Source: a virus
Virus record (IMG/VR): IMGVR_UViG_2547132402_000007
Location: 16,805-80,804 of that record
DNA: 64,000 bases
Strand: one strand, 5' to 3'
Shown: piece by piece, positions 8,003 to 17,718 of the stretch
Numbering within the stretch: position 1 is the first letter of the stretch
Layout: each line of letters starts with the position of its first letter
The notes under the pieces: generated by a model
What the model saw: only the letters and a program-made list of their open reading frames with translations
Database searches by the model: none
What the model was told of the DNA's origin: nothing
Position numbers and translations under genes: made by a program

Positions 8003-8532
8003 ATAATGGGGCAGAGTTTAAGGAGCTGAGTAAGGCTGAGCATGACAGAGAGTCTTTCGACTGCGGTGAAACAGAGCTAAATGATTTTATTAAAAATTTC
8101 GCGTTAAAACACATGCGGGTGGGCATCAGTAAGACAATGGTTTTACCGGCTACTGATACCCTGCCCAATAACAAACATCCCATCTGTGCTTTCTATACCG
8201 TAGCCCCAAGCTCAATTACCCGAGACTCACTCCCGGTAGATCTAGGGAAGAAACTCCCCCACTACCCTGTCCCCGTTTTCCTGCTTGCCCAGCTATCTGT
8301 TCACATTGAAAATCAGGGTGATGGCTTGGGAAAAATAACGCTAATCAAAGCATTAGAGTATCTATGGAATATTCACCACTTCTTACACGCTTATGCTGTA
8401 GTAGTGGATTGCTTAAATGATAAGGCAGAGAGGTTCTATCGTAAGTATGGGTTCGAGACGCTATGCACCAATGAAGGTCGCGTAAGGCTATTTTTACCCA
8501 TGAAGACAGTTGCTAGACTATTCTCCGAATAA
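7999..8532 (+). CDS. GNAT-family acetyltransferase toxin (TacT/AtaT-type)
   Basis: HDRESFDCGETELNDF, PVPVFLLAQLSV, QGDGLGK, VVVDCLNDKAERFYRKYGF; ATGA overlap with the antitoxin. Confidence 0.92.
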   Translation: MNNGAEFKELSKAEHDRESFDCGETELNDFIKNFALKHMRVGISKTMVLPATDTLPNNKHPICAFYTVAPSSITRDSLPVDLGKKLPHYPVPVFLLAQLSVHIENQGDGLGKITLIKALEYLWNIHHFLHAYAVVVDCLNDKAERFYRKYGFETLCTNEGRVRLFLPMKTVARLFSE

Positions 8533-8629
8533 AATAACTACGCCCCGCCTGGCATGGAGCAACTGGATAAAAATGCCTAAGCCATTGGGGGCGAATTAGA
8601 TTTTTAAAATCACCAATGCAAACGAGACA

Positions 8630-9382
8630 TCAGTTAAACGTACAGTTACTACCTGACGGAGCTCCAATAATCATGACCATTTTTTCACAAGTAACCGTCG
8701 TTTTTTGTCCTTTTCTCAGCTCAGACGCTTTCATCTTTTCTGATTCGTTCATGTAAAGACGCACAGGCAAGAGGCGATTACCGCTCTGGAGTTGGACAAC
8801 CACATTATTCGCAAAGTCTTTATTGATATCCTGAACCACACCAGTAATCTCGACGCTGCGCCCTCCGATCTTATCGTCGGCAGCAACCTCATTAGCATTA
8901 TACAGCTCAGCTAAAGATTTTGCCGTTGTGCGGTAAACATTATCACTAGATATACTAGCTTTAGGTGTGGGAACAACCGGTTTCGTTTCAGCCGTCATTT
9001 GATTAACAAGCTCTTTTACAAATCCTGTATCCATCATGAATTTAGCCGCATCATGACAGGAATCGATCTCAGTTTTATCCTCTGTGAAAAATCTATGTTC
9101 TTTCTTTAACTTATTGCCAAACATTGCGCCTAGCGTGGCTGTATTATAGATAATGTCATAAGTATCAGTATTTTTCTTCATTCCATCTGCTGCTCTACCT
9201 ATAATTTCGTCCTTAGAACCTCCTTTTAGTGTTTGCTCGCAACTGCTAGTAGCAAGCATTTCAACATAGTTTGATAAATAGCTACGATATGGCTGTATAT
9301 TACTTGGTGCTGATCCAGCAGCGATAGACATAAAAGAGCAAAATGTAAGCGATATGATTATAGGCTTTATCATTTTTATCAT
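8630..9382 (-). CDS. Exported protein with a C-terminal tRNA_anti-like OB fold
   Basis: Signal peptide MIKPIIISLTFCSFMSIAAG; TAKSLAELYNANEVAADDKIGGRSVEITGVVQDI pattern typical of PF12869-like proteins. Confidence 0.7.
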   Translation of the reverse strand: MIKMIKPIIISLTFCSFMSIAAGSAPSNIQPYRSYLSNYVEMLATSSCEQTLKGGSKDEIIGRAADGMKKNTDTYDIIYNTATLGAMFGNKLKKEHRFFTEDKTEIDSCHDAAKFMMDTGFVKELVNQMTAETKPVVPTPKASISSDNVYRTTAKSLAELYNANEVAADDKIGGRSVEITGVVQDINKDFANNVVVQLQSGNRLLPVRLYMNESEKMKASELRKGQKTTVTCEKMVMIIGAPSGSNCTFN

Positions 9383-9514
9383 GACTTCACGATTCCTAAG
9401 TGGTTGTATAATTATATTTGATACAATTTTAATTGTATTACTTTTATATTTACAATTCAATTAGTTGCTTGCGGATACCGGGTGTTCTTCATCAAATTTA
9501 TTTGCTTAGTAAAG

Positions 9515-10045
9515 CAGATTTAGGATAAGCATTCTCATTGTAAGTTGCTGCTGTCAGGTCATACACACGCTTTCTGGCATTCCTATCTTGGTCATTTTCT
9601 TCATCGCACGCACAATGACCAAAGCCTCTACATCCTCTACATCCTCTACATCATAGTCCTGTAGCGTTCAGTGAATCACCGAACAGTTGTTTGACTCTGT
9701 ACATCACTGTTTCCATTATTATCATACCAGATGAGCGACTTCACCCCGAGTGGGTGTTTTAAAACTGACATTAACCGGCTTTCTTTGCCCTCTTGCTGAC
9801 ACTGGTGTAATCCAAACTGCGCTGAGGTCACATCCCGTGATATGGGCTTTGCTGACTCATACCAGGCTTGAATCGCCTCATCATCCAGCTAGAACGTGAC
9901 GAAGCCACAATCGACTATGATTTTTTTGTAGTGGCGCGAGCTGGCGAGCCTGAGCATCTGCTTTATCATGGGACTCCCAGTATCATCAAATGATGCGTGA
10001 TCTGGTCCTTCAACGCAGCAACAGTTCGATTTATTCAACAAAGCC
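9515..10045 (-). mobile_element. Degenerate IS903-like (IS5 family) remnant
   Basis: GATTTATTCAACAAAGCC at 10028-10045 is the reverse complement of the IS903 IR; decayed transposase 3' sequence; no intact ORF; outer IR lost. Confidence 0.8.
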
Positions 10046-10234
10046 TGCTCTAGGATGAGAGTGGAGGATATTTGGCGGAGATAGCAGGATGCCTGATTGA
10101 AATTTATTCATATGAAAATTAATGATTTTTATTTATAGTATTTTATAAATACCCCCAATTGCGCCACATTAAGTATGCAAAAGAGGGTATAAAACATCAT
10201 AAGTTATTCACCAAATTTAATTACTACTCATAGT

Positions 10235-11743
10235 CTAGAATTGAAATTTTCCTTTAACATTTTGCACTACTTTTGACTCATATTCTGAGTAACTATCAAG
10301 ATATTGCGTATCCACATGGTAAGATTCTTCAATACTGTAAGTAATTGGTTTACCTTGGGCATCTTTTCTTTTTCTATGATATCCAAAGAATTTAGCATAT
10401 CTTTTGGGCGCAACTCCCTCGAAATTCTCAAACAAGACTTTATCAGGTGCAGGGCTTTGATCAGTTTGGCAAATAGTATCGTCATGCAATTGCAATGCAA
10501 GACTTTTTTCATATGGCTCGATGTAAACTACGCGTTTTAAGCCAGCCGCGACTATATGACGAGCGCAAACATGGCAAGGGTAGGTTGTACAATATAAAGT
10601 ATTACCAGTTGTGCCCATGTTTGTGTTTCTAGCTAATGAAACTATAGCATCCATCTCAGCATGTACTGCACGAGAATATTCTATTAGATATTTTGCTTTG
10701 GTTTTTTTCATTATTGATTCTGCAATTTCTTCTGGGCTAGGCACATCAAAACTTTGTAAAATTGCTGTTATTTCTTTTTTTAAAAGAGCTTTATGCTTGT
10801 CATTATGGCATCCATTTTTATTAAAACATCTTCTATCTTTTTTGCTTTCTGTTGTGTAAAGCCCACCGCCGTATTGTGGAACATCATTTCTACCAGTAGA
10901 AATGATATTACCAGAAACATCCATTATTGATGCTCCTACCTGGCGAGAAAGGCAAGCAGACCCTAAAGAAGCTGAGTATGCAGCATACATACCTGACTCA
11001 TCTTTTGATGGAGTAATATTACTAGACCCATGAATAAGGTCTATAAATCTAAGGACTGACTTTTTCATAACCTCCGTATCAAGATTTTTTATAAAAAAAT
11101 CAGCCAGTTGTAATGTTTCTTCAACTTGCTGACCAAATTTATTGGATGATTTTCTGTCTCGCTCAATTATTTTTTGTATATCGTCTTCTTTGATGCCTTC
11201 ATCCCGCAAGTTTTGTATACGCTCAGCTACAGTGCGTAACAACCCGACTAAATAAAAGTTATTCTTATAAACCTGATTCAAAAGTTCAACTTCTGCTGGG
11301 TGCTTTATTTGATCAATTATGTAAGCAGTCTTTTTAGTATTTTTAGTGATCTCTGGCTTATTATTTCCATAAATACTCTCTCTTAATACTTGAATTTTTA
11401 ATATTGCCAACTCAGCACAAATAAAGCTCTTATGGTTTTTTCTTAAATCATCCCCAAGATCTTGTAATCTATTGTATCTGTTATAGCTGTTAAGAGTTTC
11501 TATATTAGCCTTGGTAACTTCTGAAATAAGATCACTTACTCTGACATGTTCTACATGGTAACCATGTTGTTTTAAGCAATGTATAGTTTGTTCTTTGAGG
11601 GTTTTAATACCCGAACCTATAGCACCACACAAGCCAATTATTAGCTCTTGAGAACGTCTACCTTTAATGTCGCTAATGCTATCTGATTTATCATGAGCTT
11701 CCCATTGATGCACTGGGATAATATTCTCAGCTGACTCCGCCAT
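10235..11743 (-). CDS. avcD: Anti-phage dCTP deaminase (P-loop kinase plus deaminase), AvcD-like
   Basis: N-terminal GLCGAIGSG P-loop; ACLSRQVGA, AVHAEMDA and TTYPCHVCARHI zinc deaminase motifs. Confidence 0.9.
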   Translation of the reverse strand: MAESAENIIPVHQWEAHDKSDSISDIKGRRSQELIIGLCGAIGSGIKTLKEQTIHCLKQHGYHVEHVRVSDLISEVTKANIETLNSYNRYNRLQDLGDDLRKNHKSFICAELAILKIQVLRESIYGNNKPEITKNTKKTAYIIDQIKHPAEVELLNQVYKNNFYLVGLLRTVAERIQNLRDEGIKEDDIQKIIERDRKSSNKFGQQVEETLQLADFFIKNLDTEVMKKSVLRFIDLIHGSSNITPSKDESGMYAAYSASLGSACLSRQVGASIMDVSGNIISTGRNDVPQYGGGLYTTESKKDRRCFNKNGCHNDKHKALLKKEITAILQSFDVPSPEEIAESIMKKTKAKYLIEYSRAVHAEMDAIVSLARNTNMGTTGNTLYCTTYPCHVCARHIVAAGLKRVVYIEPYEKSLALQLHDDTICQTDQSPAPDKVLFENFEGVAPKRYAKFFGYHRKRKDAQGKPITYSIEESYHVDTQYLDSYSEYESKVVQNVKGKFQF

Positions 11744-12050
11744 ATAATTTCTCCAGAAACTTTAATTAATGTCTTTATCTGGTGTTTTAAACAAATAATA
11801 TAAACCGCCCTAATATGCGGTTGTTTTTTATAATTATATATTACCAATTAATTTTAGACGATGCTGACAAAACCTTTTTTAAGGCTTTATTCATTTCTAA
11901 TGATTTTTTTCGATCTAAAAAACTCTCTACCTTATTAAAAGACGCAGAAGGTTTTGTAGACTCAATATGCTCTACTAATTTTTCTTCTTTTTCAGCAGTC
12001 TTCAATAAGTAAATCATAGTTTTTTCCTTAACATTGCCTCAAGCAAAGGC
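11744..12050 (-). ncRNA. Long leader, candidate AvcI-like antitoxin RNA
   Basis: About 300 nt between a strong promoter and the avcD ATG; arrangement matches the avcI-avcD loci described in Vibrio. No sequence match could be tested. Confidence 0.5.
11841..12017 (-). CDS. 58-aa small ORF inside the avcD leader
   Basis: AAGGA RBS; MIYLLKTAEKEEKLVEHIESTKPSASFNKVESFLDRKKSLEMNKALKKVLSASSKINW; absent from the ORF track. Confidence 0.5.
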   Translation of the reverse strand: MIYLLKTAEKEEKLVEHIESTKPSASFNKVESFLDRKKSLEMNKALKKVLSASSKINW

Positions 12051-12056
12051 CGCACG

Positions 12057-12084
12057 ATTATACTTACACCACATTTTTTTTCAA
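12057..12084 (-). promoter_or_regulatory. Sigma70 promoter for the avcI-avcD unit
   Basis: TTGAAA(12084-12079)-16 nt-TATAAT(12062-12057). Confidence 0.7.
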
Positions 12085-12224
12085 TCTACTATCTAAATCT
12101 TTACTCTAAAGATTACTTTTAAGCAAGGTGATGATGATAAGTTTTCAAAATCTCTATATTTAGTTGCATAAGCAACATCTAAATACCACATGTAGTATTT
12201 CGTGAGCAACTTCGAACAGCTCCA

Positions 12225-12534
12225 TTGAATAAATCGAACTGTTTCTGAGTTGAAGGACCAGATCACGCATCATTTGATGGTACTGGGAGTCTCATGGTAA
12301 AGCAGCCTGTTTAGGCTCGCCAGTTCGCGCAACTACATGTACAGAGTCAAACAACTGTTCGGTGATTCACTGAACGCTACAGGACTATGATGTAGAGGAT
12401 GTAGAGGCTTTGGTCATTGTGCGTGCGATGAAGAAAATGACCAAGATAGGAATGCCAGAAAGCGTGTGTATGACCTGACAGCAGCAACCTGCAATGAGAA
12501 TGCTTATTCTAAATCTGATTTATTCAACAAAGCC
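12225..12534 (+). mobile_element. Internally deleted IS903-like remnant (MITE-sized)
   Basis: Partial left IR TTGAATAAATC, intact right IR at 12517-12534; near-identical in inverted orientation to parts of 9515-10045. Confidence 0.8.
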
Positions 12535-12786
12535 ATATCAAAACAAAAAACATATTCCAATTCATATGGATAGCGTACAAACAAAGGGAAATATTCCACC
12601 TTTTCGCTCCGCCCAGCAATGAAAGCGGCCAGACATAACACTATGTTCGACGTAGTGATAAAAAGTGAGGGACGCCTTCACCTTTCCCTTAGAAAATTTT
12701 CTATTTTCTCTTAGCAATCATGATGGTTTGCTCTATCATAGTAGACGGTAAAAGTAAGGCTGCGCGCTAACCATAGGTTTAGCGCC

Positions 12787-14490
12787 GTGTCTGATACTAA
12801 AAAATTTAACAGTCGATTACTCGACATTGCTACCCGTGCGGCTGAAGTTCGTCAGTTCGCCGTGTCCCCTCAATTCCAGTCCAACCAGTTTATCCAGGAT
12901 CCGAGCGCTCGCAGCAATGCGATCGTAGCGGCGATGGATAACATCCCGATGTTTGAGTCCGTTGATCCCGCGATGAAGCGTGCCATTGGTACGGCGTGGG
13001 GCTCTGCCCTGGCTGAGCACGTCAACATTACGGGCCAGATGCCACGGGATGAAGTTTTGGCCTCCAGCCACAAAGCTCTGCAAAATCTTCTGGGGATGGG
13101 CGCCGGCCAGATCGCTTCTGCCACTCATTCGATGATGCTGGAGTCCGTGAGTAAAGGCTCCCTGTCTACCTCTGAAGGTGTGATTAACCGTGCCGTTATG
13201 GCCGCAATGATCCTGCCGGTTCAACTAGCCTCTGCCACCTCCGACGCATGTACTTTCATCCCATGCGAACACGACCTGACGGAGATCTTCGAGCTGGAGA
13301 ATACTGCCGGTTCAACCTTCGGGGACTACAAGGCTGGTGAGAAGCTGAACGTCAGTAGCATGGGCCAGTACTCCCAGATGCGTCAGTTCCATCTGTTCCC
13401 GAAAGCGCAGCAACCGGACGGGACGAAGACTACCTTCAAGTTCAGCACCAAAGACGACTGTCCGGCTGGCGTTCTGATGCCGATGCGCCCGAAACGCACG
13501 ACTCTGTACGTGAATCGCAAGCGTATTGGTGTCGCGAACGTAGACGGTAAGCTGTACGGCCAATACGTCCATAACAGCACCGCATACACCCTGGCGGGCA
13601 CCGTCAACCATGCAGCCGGTGAGCTTACCGTAACCTCCTCGAATGCGCTGCCAGATGGACTGGAGCTAAGCCTGGATTTCGATTGCGATATCGAGAAAGC
13701 ACCAAGCTTGATCCCGACCATTACCCATACTCTGCGCAGTTGGGAAATGTTCCCGTCTGAATCCATTATCGCCACTGAGCACACGATTCAGGCCCTGATG
13801 GCCCTACAGCGTGAATTTGGCATGGATCTCGGCGCACTGGGTATGAACGCGGCACGTTCTCTGATGGCTGACGAGAAGGATAAAACCCGCCTGAAGCGTA
13901 TGCTGCAAGCGACTACTCGCCTGACTACTTTCGACATTGCTACGCCGACCTCCCAGACCTTCAACGACTACATGCAGTTGCTGAAGACCAAGATTAACGG
14001 CATGAGCCAGGACATGATGGGCCGCACCCTGACAACCGGTATCACCGGTATGTTTGTAGGTGGTGACTTTGCCAACATCATCAAGGGCCTCAAAGGGGAT
14101 CTGTTTACCCCGGCACCGAACTACCGCCACCAGCCGCGTATCCACTACATCGGCACCCTGTTTGGCATGTACAAAGTTTTCGAAGTGCCAAACGAAACCT
14201 GCACCAATCTGGATCCGAAGTACAACTTCCACCCGATGGAAGCGCTGTGCTACGGCCGTGGTGAGGGCGTTGGTCAAGCTGGTTTCGTTGCAGGCGATGC
14301 AATCCCGGCGATCCCGTTCAATCATCCGACCAACCCTGGATTGGTGAACCGCTCCACTCTGTGGGAGTTGGGTATTAACGAGATCCACCCGCGTAATGGT
14401 GAAGACTACTTTGCTCGCCTGCGCCTCACCCTGGCGAAGGGTGGCGAGTCCATTGATGTAACTACCGGTCTGCTGGCCGGCTCTATCTAA
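12787..14490 (+). CDS. Major capsid protein (P1 gp23-like)
   Basis: AMILPVQLASATSDACTFIP, QREFGMDLG, HYIGTLFG, AGDAIPAIPFNHPT and IHPRNGEDYF match P1 gp23 as recalled. Confidence 0.93.
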   Translation: MSDTKKFNSRLLDIATRAAEVRQFAVSPQFQSNQFIQDPSARSNAIVAAMDNIPMFESVDPAMKRAIGTAWGSALAEHVNITGQMPRDEVLASSHKALQNLLGMGAGQIASATHSMMLESVSKGSLSTSEGVINRAVMAAMILPVQLASATSDACTFIPCEHDLTEIFELENTAGSTFGDYKAGEKLNVSSMGQYSQMRQFHLFPKAQQPDGTKTTFKFSTKDDCPAGVLMPMRPKRTTLYVNRKRIGVANVDGKLYGQYVHNSTAYTLAGTVNHAAGELTVTSSNALPDGLELSLDFDCDIEKAPSLIPTITHTLRSWEMFPSESIIATEHTIQALMALQREFGMDLGALGMNAARSLMADEKDKTRLKRMLQATTRLTTFDIATPTSQTFNDYMQLLKTKINGMSQDMMGRTLTTGITGMFVGGDFANIIKGLKGDLFTPAPNYRHQPRIHYIGTLFGMYKVFEVPNETCTNLDPKYNFHPMEALCYGRGEGVGQAGFVAGDAIPAIPFNHPTNPGLVNRSTLWELGINEIHPRNGEDYFARLRLTLAKGGESIDVTTGLLAGSI

Positions 14491-14498
14491 CCCTGTTC

Positions 14499-14521
14499 AG
14501 CCCCGCTGAGCGGGGCTTTTA
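14499..14521 (+). terminator. Terminator after the capsid gene
   Basis: AGCCCCGC-TGA-GCGGGGCT followed by TTT. Confidence 0.8.
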
Positions 14522-14536
14522 TGGAGAAAATTTAAC

Positions 14537-14749
14537 GTGGCTAACAACGTCAAAATCACCAATAAATCGCCGTTCGAGTGCGATATCGCGGGTATCAAAA
14601 TCGCCTCCGGCGTCACTGAAGTTGAAGTGCGCGATCCGGTTTTTTTTGCGAAGTACGTCAATGGGCTGAAATTGGAGGGGCTGGTGGCTGAAGCCCTTCC
14701 TGTGACTGACGCAAAAGAAGTGAAAAACACTGGCAAGAAAGGTGAGTAA
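14537..14749 (+). CDS. Small hypothetical virion-operon protein
   Basis: GGAG RBS, GTG start, TAATG coupling to the sheath gene. Confidence 0.7.
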   Translation: MANNVKITNKSPFECDIAGIKIASGVTEVEVRDPVFFAKYVNGLKLEGLVAEALPVTDAKEVKNTGKKGE

Positions 14750-16404
14750 TGGATATCCCTACTTCAGTATCTAACGTCTCCGACGTTTCGATTGGCGCCA
14801 TCGATGCCAGTGCGACTTTAGCCGTAGGCAGCGGGGGTGGATCCTCTGTTTTTGCTGGCGTCGTCGTCTCCGCTAAAGGCGCCCCGTTTGAGTTGCTGTC
14901 GATCCATAAGAACAACTATCAAAACATCTTAGGCAAGCCGCTGCACCCGTCTAAAGGCGCCAGCTATGAGCCTATGCGGCATGTTTCTGAAGCTGTAACC
15001 GGCGGCTACGGCTATGTTGTGCGCGTTGTCCCTTCCGAAGCCCGCTTTCCCTATCTGGTCATCACCAAGGGCAAGGGTAAAGGCGCTGAGGTCAAGGCTG
15101 GTGATTCTTCTAGCGGTAAGCCAGCGGCAATCACCGAGAAAGATAAAGCCGCCGCCCTGGTTGCTGCTGCACAAGATACAGTGACTACTGGCAATGCTCC
15201 GTATGGTACGCCGTTGAATCCTCCCGCCGGCGCCGATCTGGTTATCTACATCGCCGACGGTGATCCATCGCTGACTCGCTCGCTCTCGATGTCTCCAGCT
15301 GACTCTACGCGCTACGGCGCTGGCATGTACCACTTGGTCCTGACTGAGGTAGACGAACTGGGTTTTGAAAGCGAGCTGGAAAACCTGCTCGTATCCATGA
15401 ACCCGGAAGCGCTGAATGACATGAATCAGCCAGCGTATATCGTGACTGCGTTGGAAAACGGCTCTCATCATATGCGTGCCATCGTTGGCGCCAATGCGCT
15501 CGGCTTGACTGGTTTCACTAAGACGGCTTTTGCTGATGGCACTAACGGCGACATGAATAAGATCTCCGTAGAGCAATACACCAAGGCGATCTCTGTTCTG
15601 CGTAACGCCATGGTGCGCTACACCGCTGTGCTGGGCTTGGGCTGTTACGACACTACCATCATTCCAAAACTGAGTGACCTGTGCTCTGACCGCCGCATCG
15701 ATGGTTTTTTCGATATTCCCCCTACCCTGAACTACGCCGGTGCGCGTAAGTGGATTACGGATCTGAATCTGGATAACCACCGCATGTGTGCTTATCACTT
15801 CCCGTTCTGCGCTAAAGACCCCTTCAGTGGCTCTAGCCAACTCTGGGGTTTATCGGGTACGGCTTTCGTAGCTAAAGCATTAGGTGTGGCGAAGGTGGCC
15901 GACGTAGGCGGCTGGCATTACTCTCCAGCTGGCGAGGAGCGCGGGATCATCAATCGCCGTGAAATTCGGCCTATGCCTGGATTGGATGAACCGGACTACA
16001 CGGAAATGTATCGCTTACGGATCAACAAAGTGGCCTTTGGCGTCGGTGGGAAGATGGTGATCGATGATGCCATTACCTGCCGTAGCCGCGAAGACTATCT
16101 GCGATTCCAGCATGTATCCTCCGTTATGGACGCGATTAACCGCGAGTTCTATGGCATCGCCCGTGCGCTGAAGCACCAGCCTGACGGCCTGACCCTGGAC
16201 GGGTTAACTGGAGGAATGGAGCGCCTACTGAACAACTTCATCACCTCCGGCGCCCTGGTTAAACCTCGCAACTCTGAAGACGGCGATAAGCCCTATGTGC
16301 TTACCGTCACCCAAAAGGCTATCGACCTGTGGGAAGTCCATTGGTCGTGTTGCATTACCGGTACTGCTCGCCGTATCCATGGCAAGCCAGCCCTGATTCG
16401 ATAA
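14749..16404 (+). CDS. Contractile tail sheath protein (P1 gp22-like)
   Basis: 551 aa; WHYSPAGEERGII, VIDDAITC...LRFQHVSSVMDAI and C-terminal GTARRIHGKPALIR. Confidence 0.88.
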   Translation: MDIPTSVSNVSDVSIGAIDASATLAVGSGGGSSVFAGVVVSAKGAPFELLSIHKNNYQNILGKPLHPSKGASYEPMRHVSEAVTGGYGYVVRVVPSEARFPYLVITKGKGKGAEVKAGDSSSGKPAAITEKDKAAALVAAAQDTVTTGNAPYGTPLNPPAGADLVIYIADGDPSLTRSLSMSPADSTRYGAGMYHLVLTEVDELGFESELENLLVSMNPEALNDMNQPAYIVTALENGSHHMRAIVGANALGLTGFTKTAFADGTNGDMNKISVEQYTKAISVLRNAMVRYTAVLGLGCYDTTIIPKLSDLCSDRRIDGFFDIPPTLNYAGARKWITDLNLDNHRMCAYHFPFCAKDPFSGSSQLWGLSGTAFVAKALGVAKVADVGGWHYSPAGEERGIINRREIRPMPGLDEPDYTEMYRLRINKVAFGVGGKMVIDDAITCRSREDYLRFQHVSSVMDAINREFYGIARALKHQPDGLTLDGLTGGMERLLNNFITSGALVKPRNSEDGDKPYVLTVTQKAIDLWEVHWSCCITGTARRIHGKPALIR

Positions 16405-16415
16405 GGAAATAGCCA

Positions 16416-17096
16416 ATGAACGCATTTGAAAACCTCAAATTCATGCAGAGCGGGCTATTTGGCCAGGGCATGATGTTGGAGTCTGCACGCAGCCAAAATA
16501 CAGCCACACAACCACCGGCAAATAATACACCGGATGAGCATAAGCTCATGCTGGAGTCCGTCTCCCGTATGGCTGATGAGTCGGAACGTTCATCGGCGGC
16601 AGCGGCCGTGCTGGAGTGGGCAACCTCCGGTGAAGCGACGTTCTTTGCCTTCGATGATATGGCGATGGGCCTGGCTGACATTCTTGATGACGCCGAGCCA
16701 AGCGATGAGCAAGTCGAGGAGTACAACTCCTATCTAAATCTGATGGCCCAGGCCGCCATTATGTTCGGCGCTAAAAAGGCTGACGTAATGACTATGATCG
16801 ATGATGAAGACGATACTGCGGCCGAAGCCGTAATGGATGCTCTTGGGAGCCTGAGTGACGACGATACCGACGAGGCGATCACAGCATTCACCCTGAAAAC
16901 CGATCTGCTGCTGGAGGCGAAGATTAAGGTAGTCCGTGACGGTAAAGTCACGCTGATCCCGAAAAAGGTCCGCAAGACGCATCTGTCCGGCGCGCAACGA
17001 GCGGCCCTGAAAAAGGCTCGCACTAAAGCCCACACCTCAGCGGCAAAAATGGCACGTCGTAAATCCATGCGATTGCGCCATAAAGCCGGGCTGTAA
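16416..17096 (+). CDS. Prohead core / scaffold-like protein (P1 gp21-like)
   Basis: Acidic middle region and very basic tail KVVRDGKVTLIPKKVRK...AQRAALKKARTKAH...RKSMRLR, like P1 gp21 and T4 gp68. Confidence 0.75.
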   Translation: MNAFENLKFMQSGLFGQGMMLESARSQNTATQPPANNTPDEHKLMLESVSRMADESERSSAAAAVLEWATSGEATFFAFDDMAMGLADILDDAEPSDEQVEEYNSYLNLMAQAAIMFGAKKADVMTMIDDEDDTAAEAVMDALGSLSDDDTDEAITAFTLKTDLLLEAKIKVVRDGKVTLIPKKVRKTHLSGAQRAALKKARTKAHTSAAKMARRKSMRLRHKAGL

Positions 17097-17105
17097 GGAG
17101 GACTG

Positions 17106-17690
17106 ATGCGAGTAGGAGCCTTTCCGTCTGATGGTATTTCCGGGTATCTGAAATGCCACATAACGAGCCCAGCACACGATATGACTGTCGTTGGGTACAT
17201 CGCAGAGGGCTCCACTGGGCAACTGACCAACAATTGGAACTCCCCCTTCGAGGGGGATTCCGTTGGCTCAATGGCCGGCGTAAGCACTGTAGCGAATATT
17301 GGGCAATCAAAGACGGGCTATACGTCTGTCTCCAAGCTAAACAGTGAGATGATCTGGGAGGGGACCCAGGCCCCCTCATTCCAGATTTCATTGTATTTTC
17401 AGGCGATCAGGGATGCCAAACTTGAAGTACAGGACCCAATAATGTGCCTGATGCAAATGGCTTCCCCGATGCTCAATGATGTTATGCCTATGGGGCGAAT
17501 TCCCTCTCCGTGCGTCTTGGATATCGGCCGACGCTTCAAAGTCGAAAACCTGATTATCCAAGACATATCCTATGAGCTGGATGCGCCTCGCACTCGGGAT
17601 GGTTACTTCACGCATAACACAGTCTCTCTGCAATGCAGCGCTAAGCAGATGCTGAACGCAAACGAAGTATCTAACTTGTTCGTCCCTTAA
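17106..17690 (+). CDS. pmgG: Tail tube initiator / baseplate protein PmgG-like
   Basis: NWNSPFEG, MIWEGTQAPSF, LDIGRRF and YELDAPRTRDGYF match recalled P1 PmgG. Confidence 0.8.
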   Translation: MRVGAFPSDGISGYLKCHITSPAHDMTVVGYIAEGSTGQLTNNWNSPFEGDSVGSMAGVSTVANIGQSKTGYTSVSKLNSEMIWEGTQAPSFQISLYFQAIRDAKLEVQDPIMCLMQMASPMLNDVMPMGRIPSPCVLDIGRRFKVENLIIQDISYELDAPRTRDGYFTHNTVSLQCSAKQMLNANEVSNLFVP

Positions 17691-17691
17691 C

Positions 17692-17703
17692 TCGCTGCGC
17701 GGC
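17692..17703 (+). promoter_or_regulatory. TCGCTGCGCGGC pre-RBS motif, copy 1 of 5
   Basis: Exact copies at 17692, 19513, 34756, 37876 and 50571, each ending 13-17 nt before an ATG. Confidence 0.75.
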
Positions 17704-17718
17704 TTGTGAGGACATTAT

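Noticed and set aside
9615-9650. Tandem CCTCTACAT repeats as a contingency locus
   Set aside because: They lie within a dead IS remnant with no ORF to switch.
11815-12012. Plus-strand 65-aa ORF upstream of avcD
   Set aside because: No RBS or promoter; antisense to the 58-aa ORF that has both.
12181-12200. Near-palindrome AAATACCACATGTAGTATTT resembling an NrdR box near the dCTP deaminase promoter
   Set aside because: Single imperfect site about 100 bp upstream of the -35; NrdR boxes are usually tandem and overlap the promoter.
12817-16726. Long antisense ORFs such as 13804..14388 and 14929..15840
   Set aside because: Shadows of the strongly codon-biased capsid and sheath genes; no RBS or recognisable motifs.
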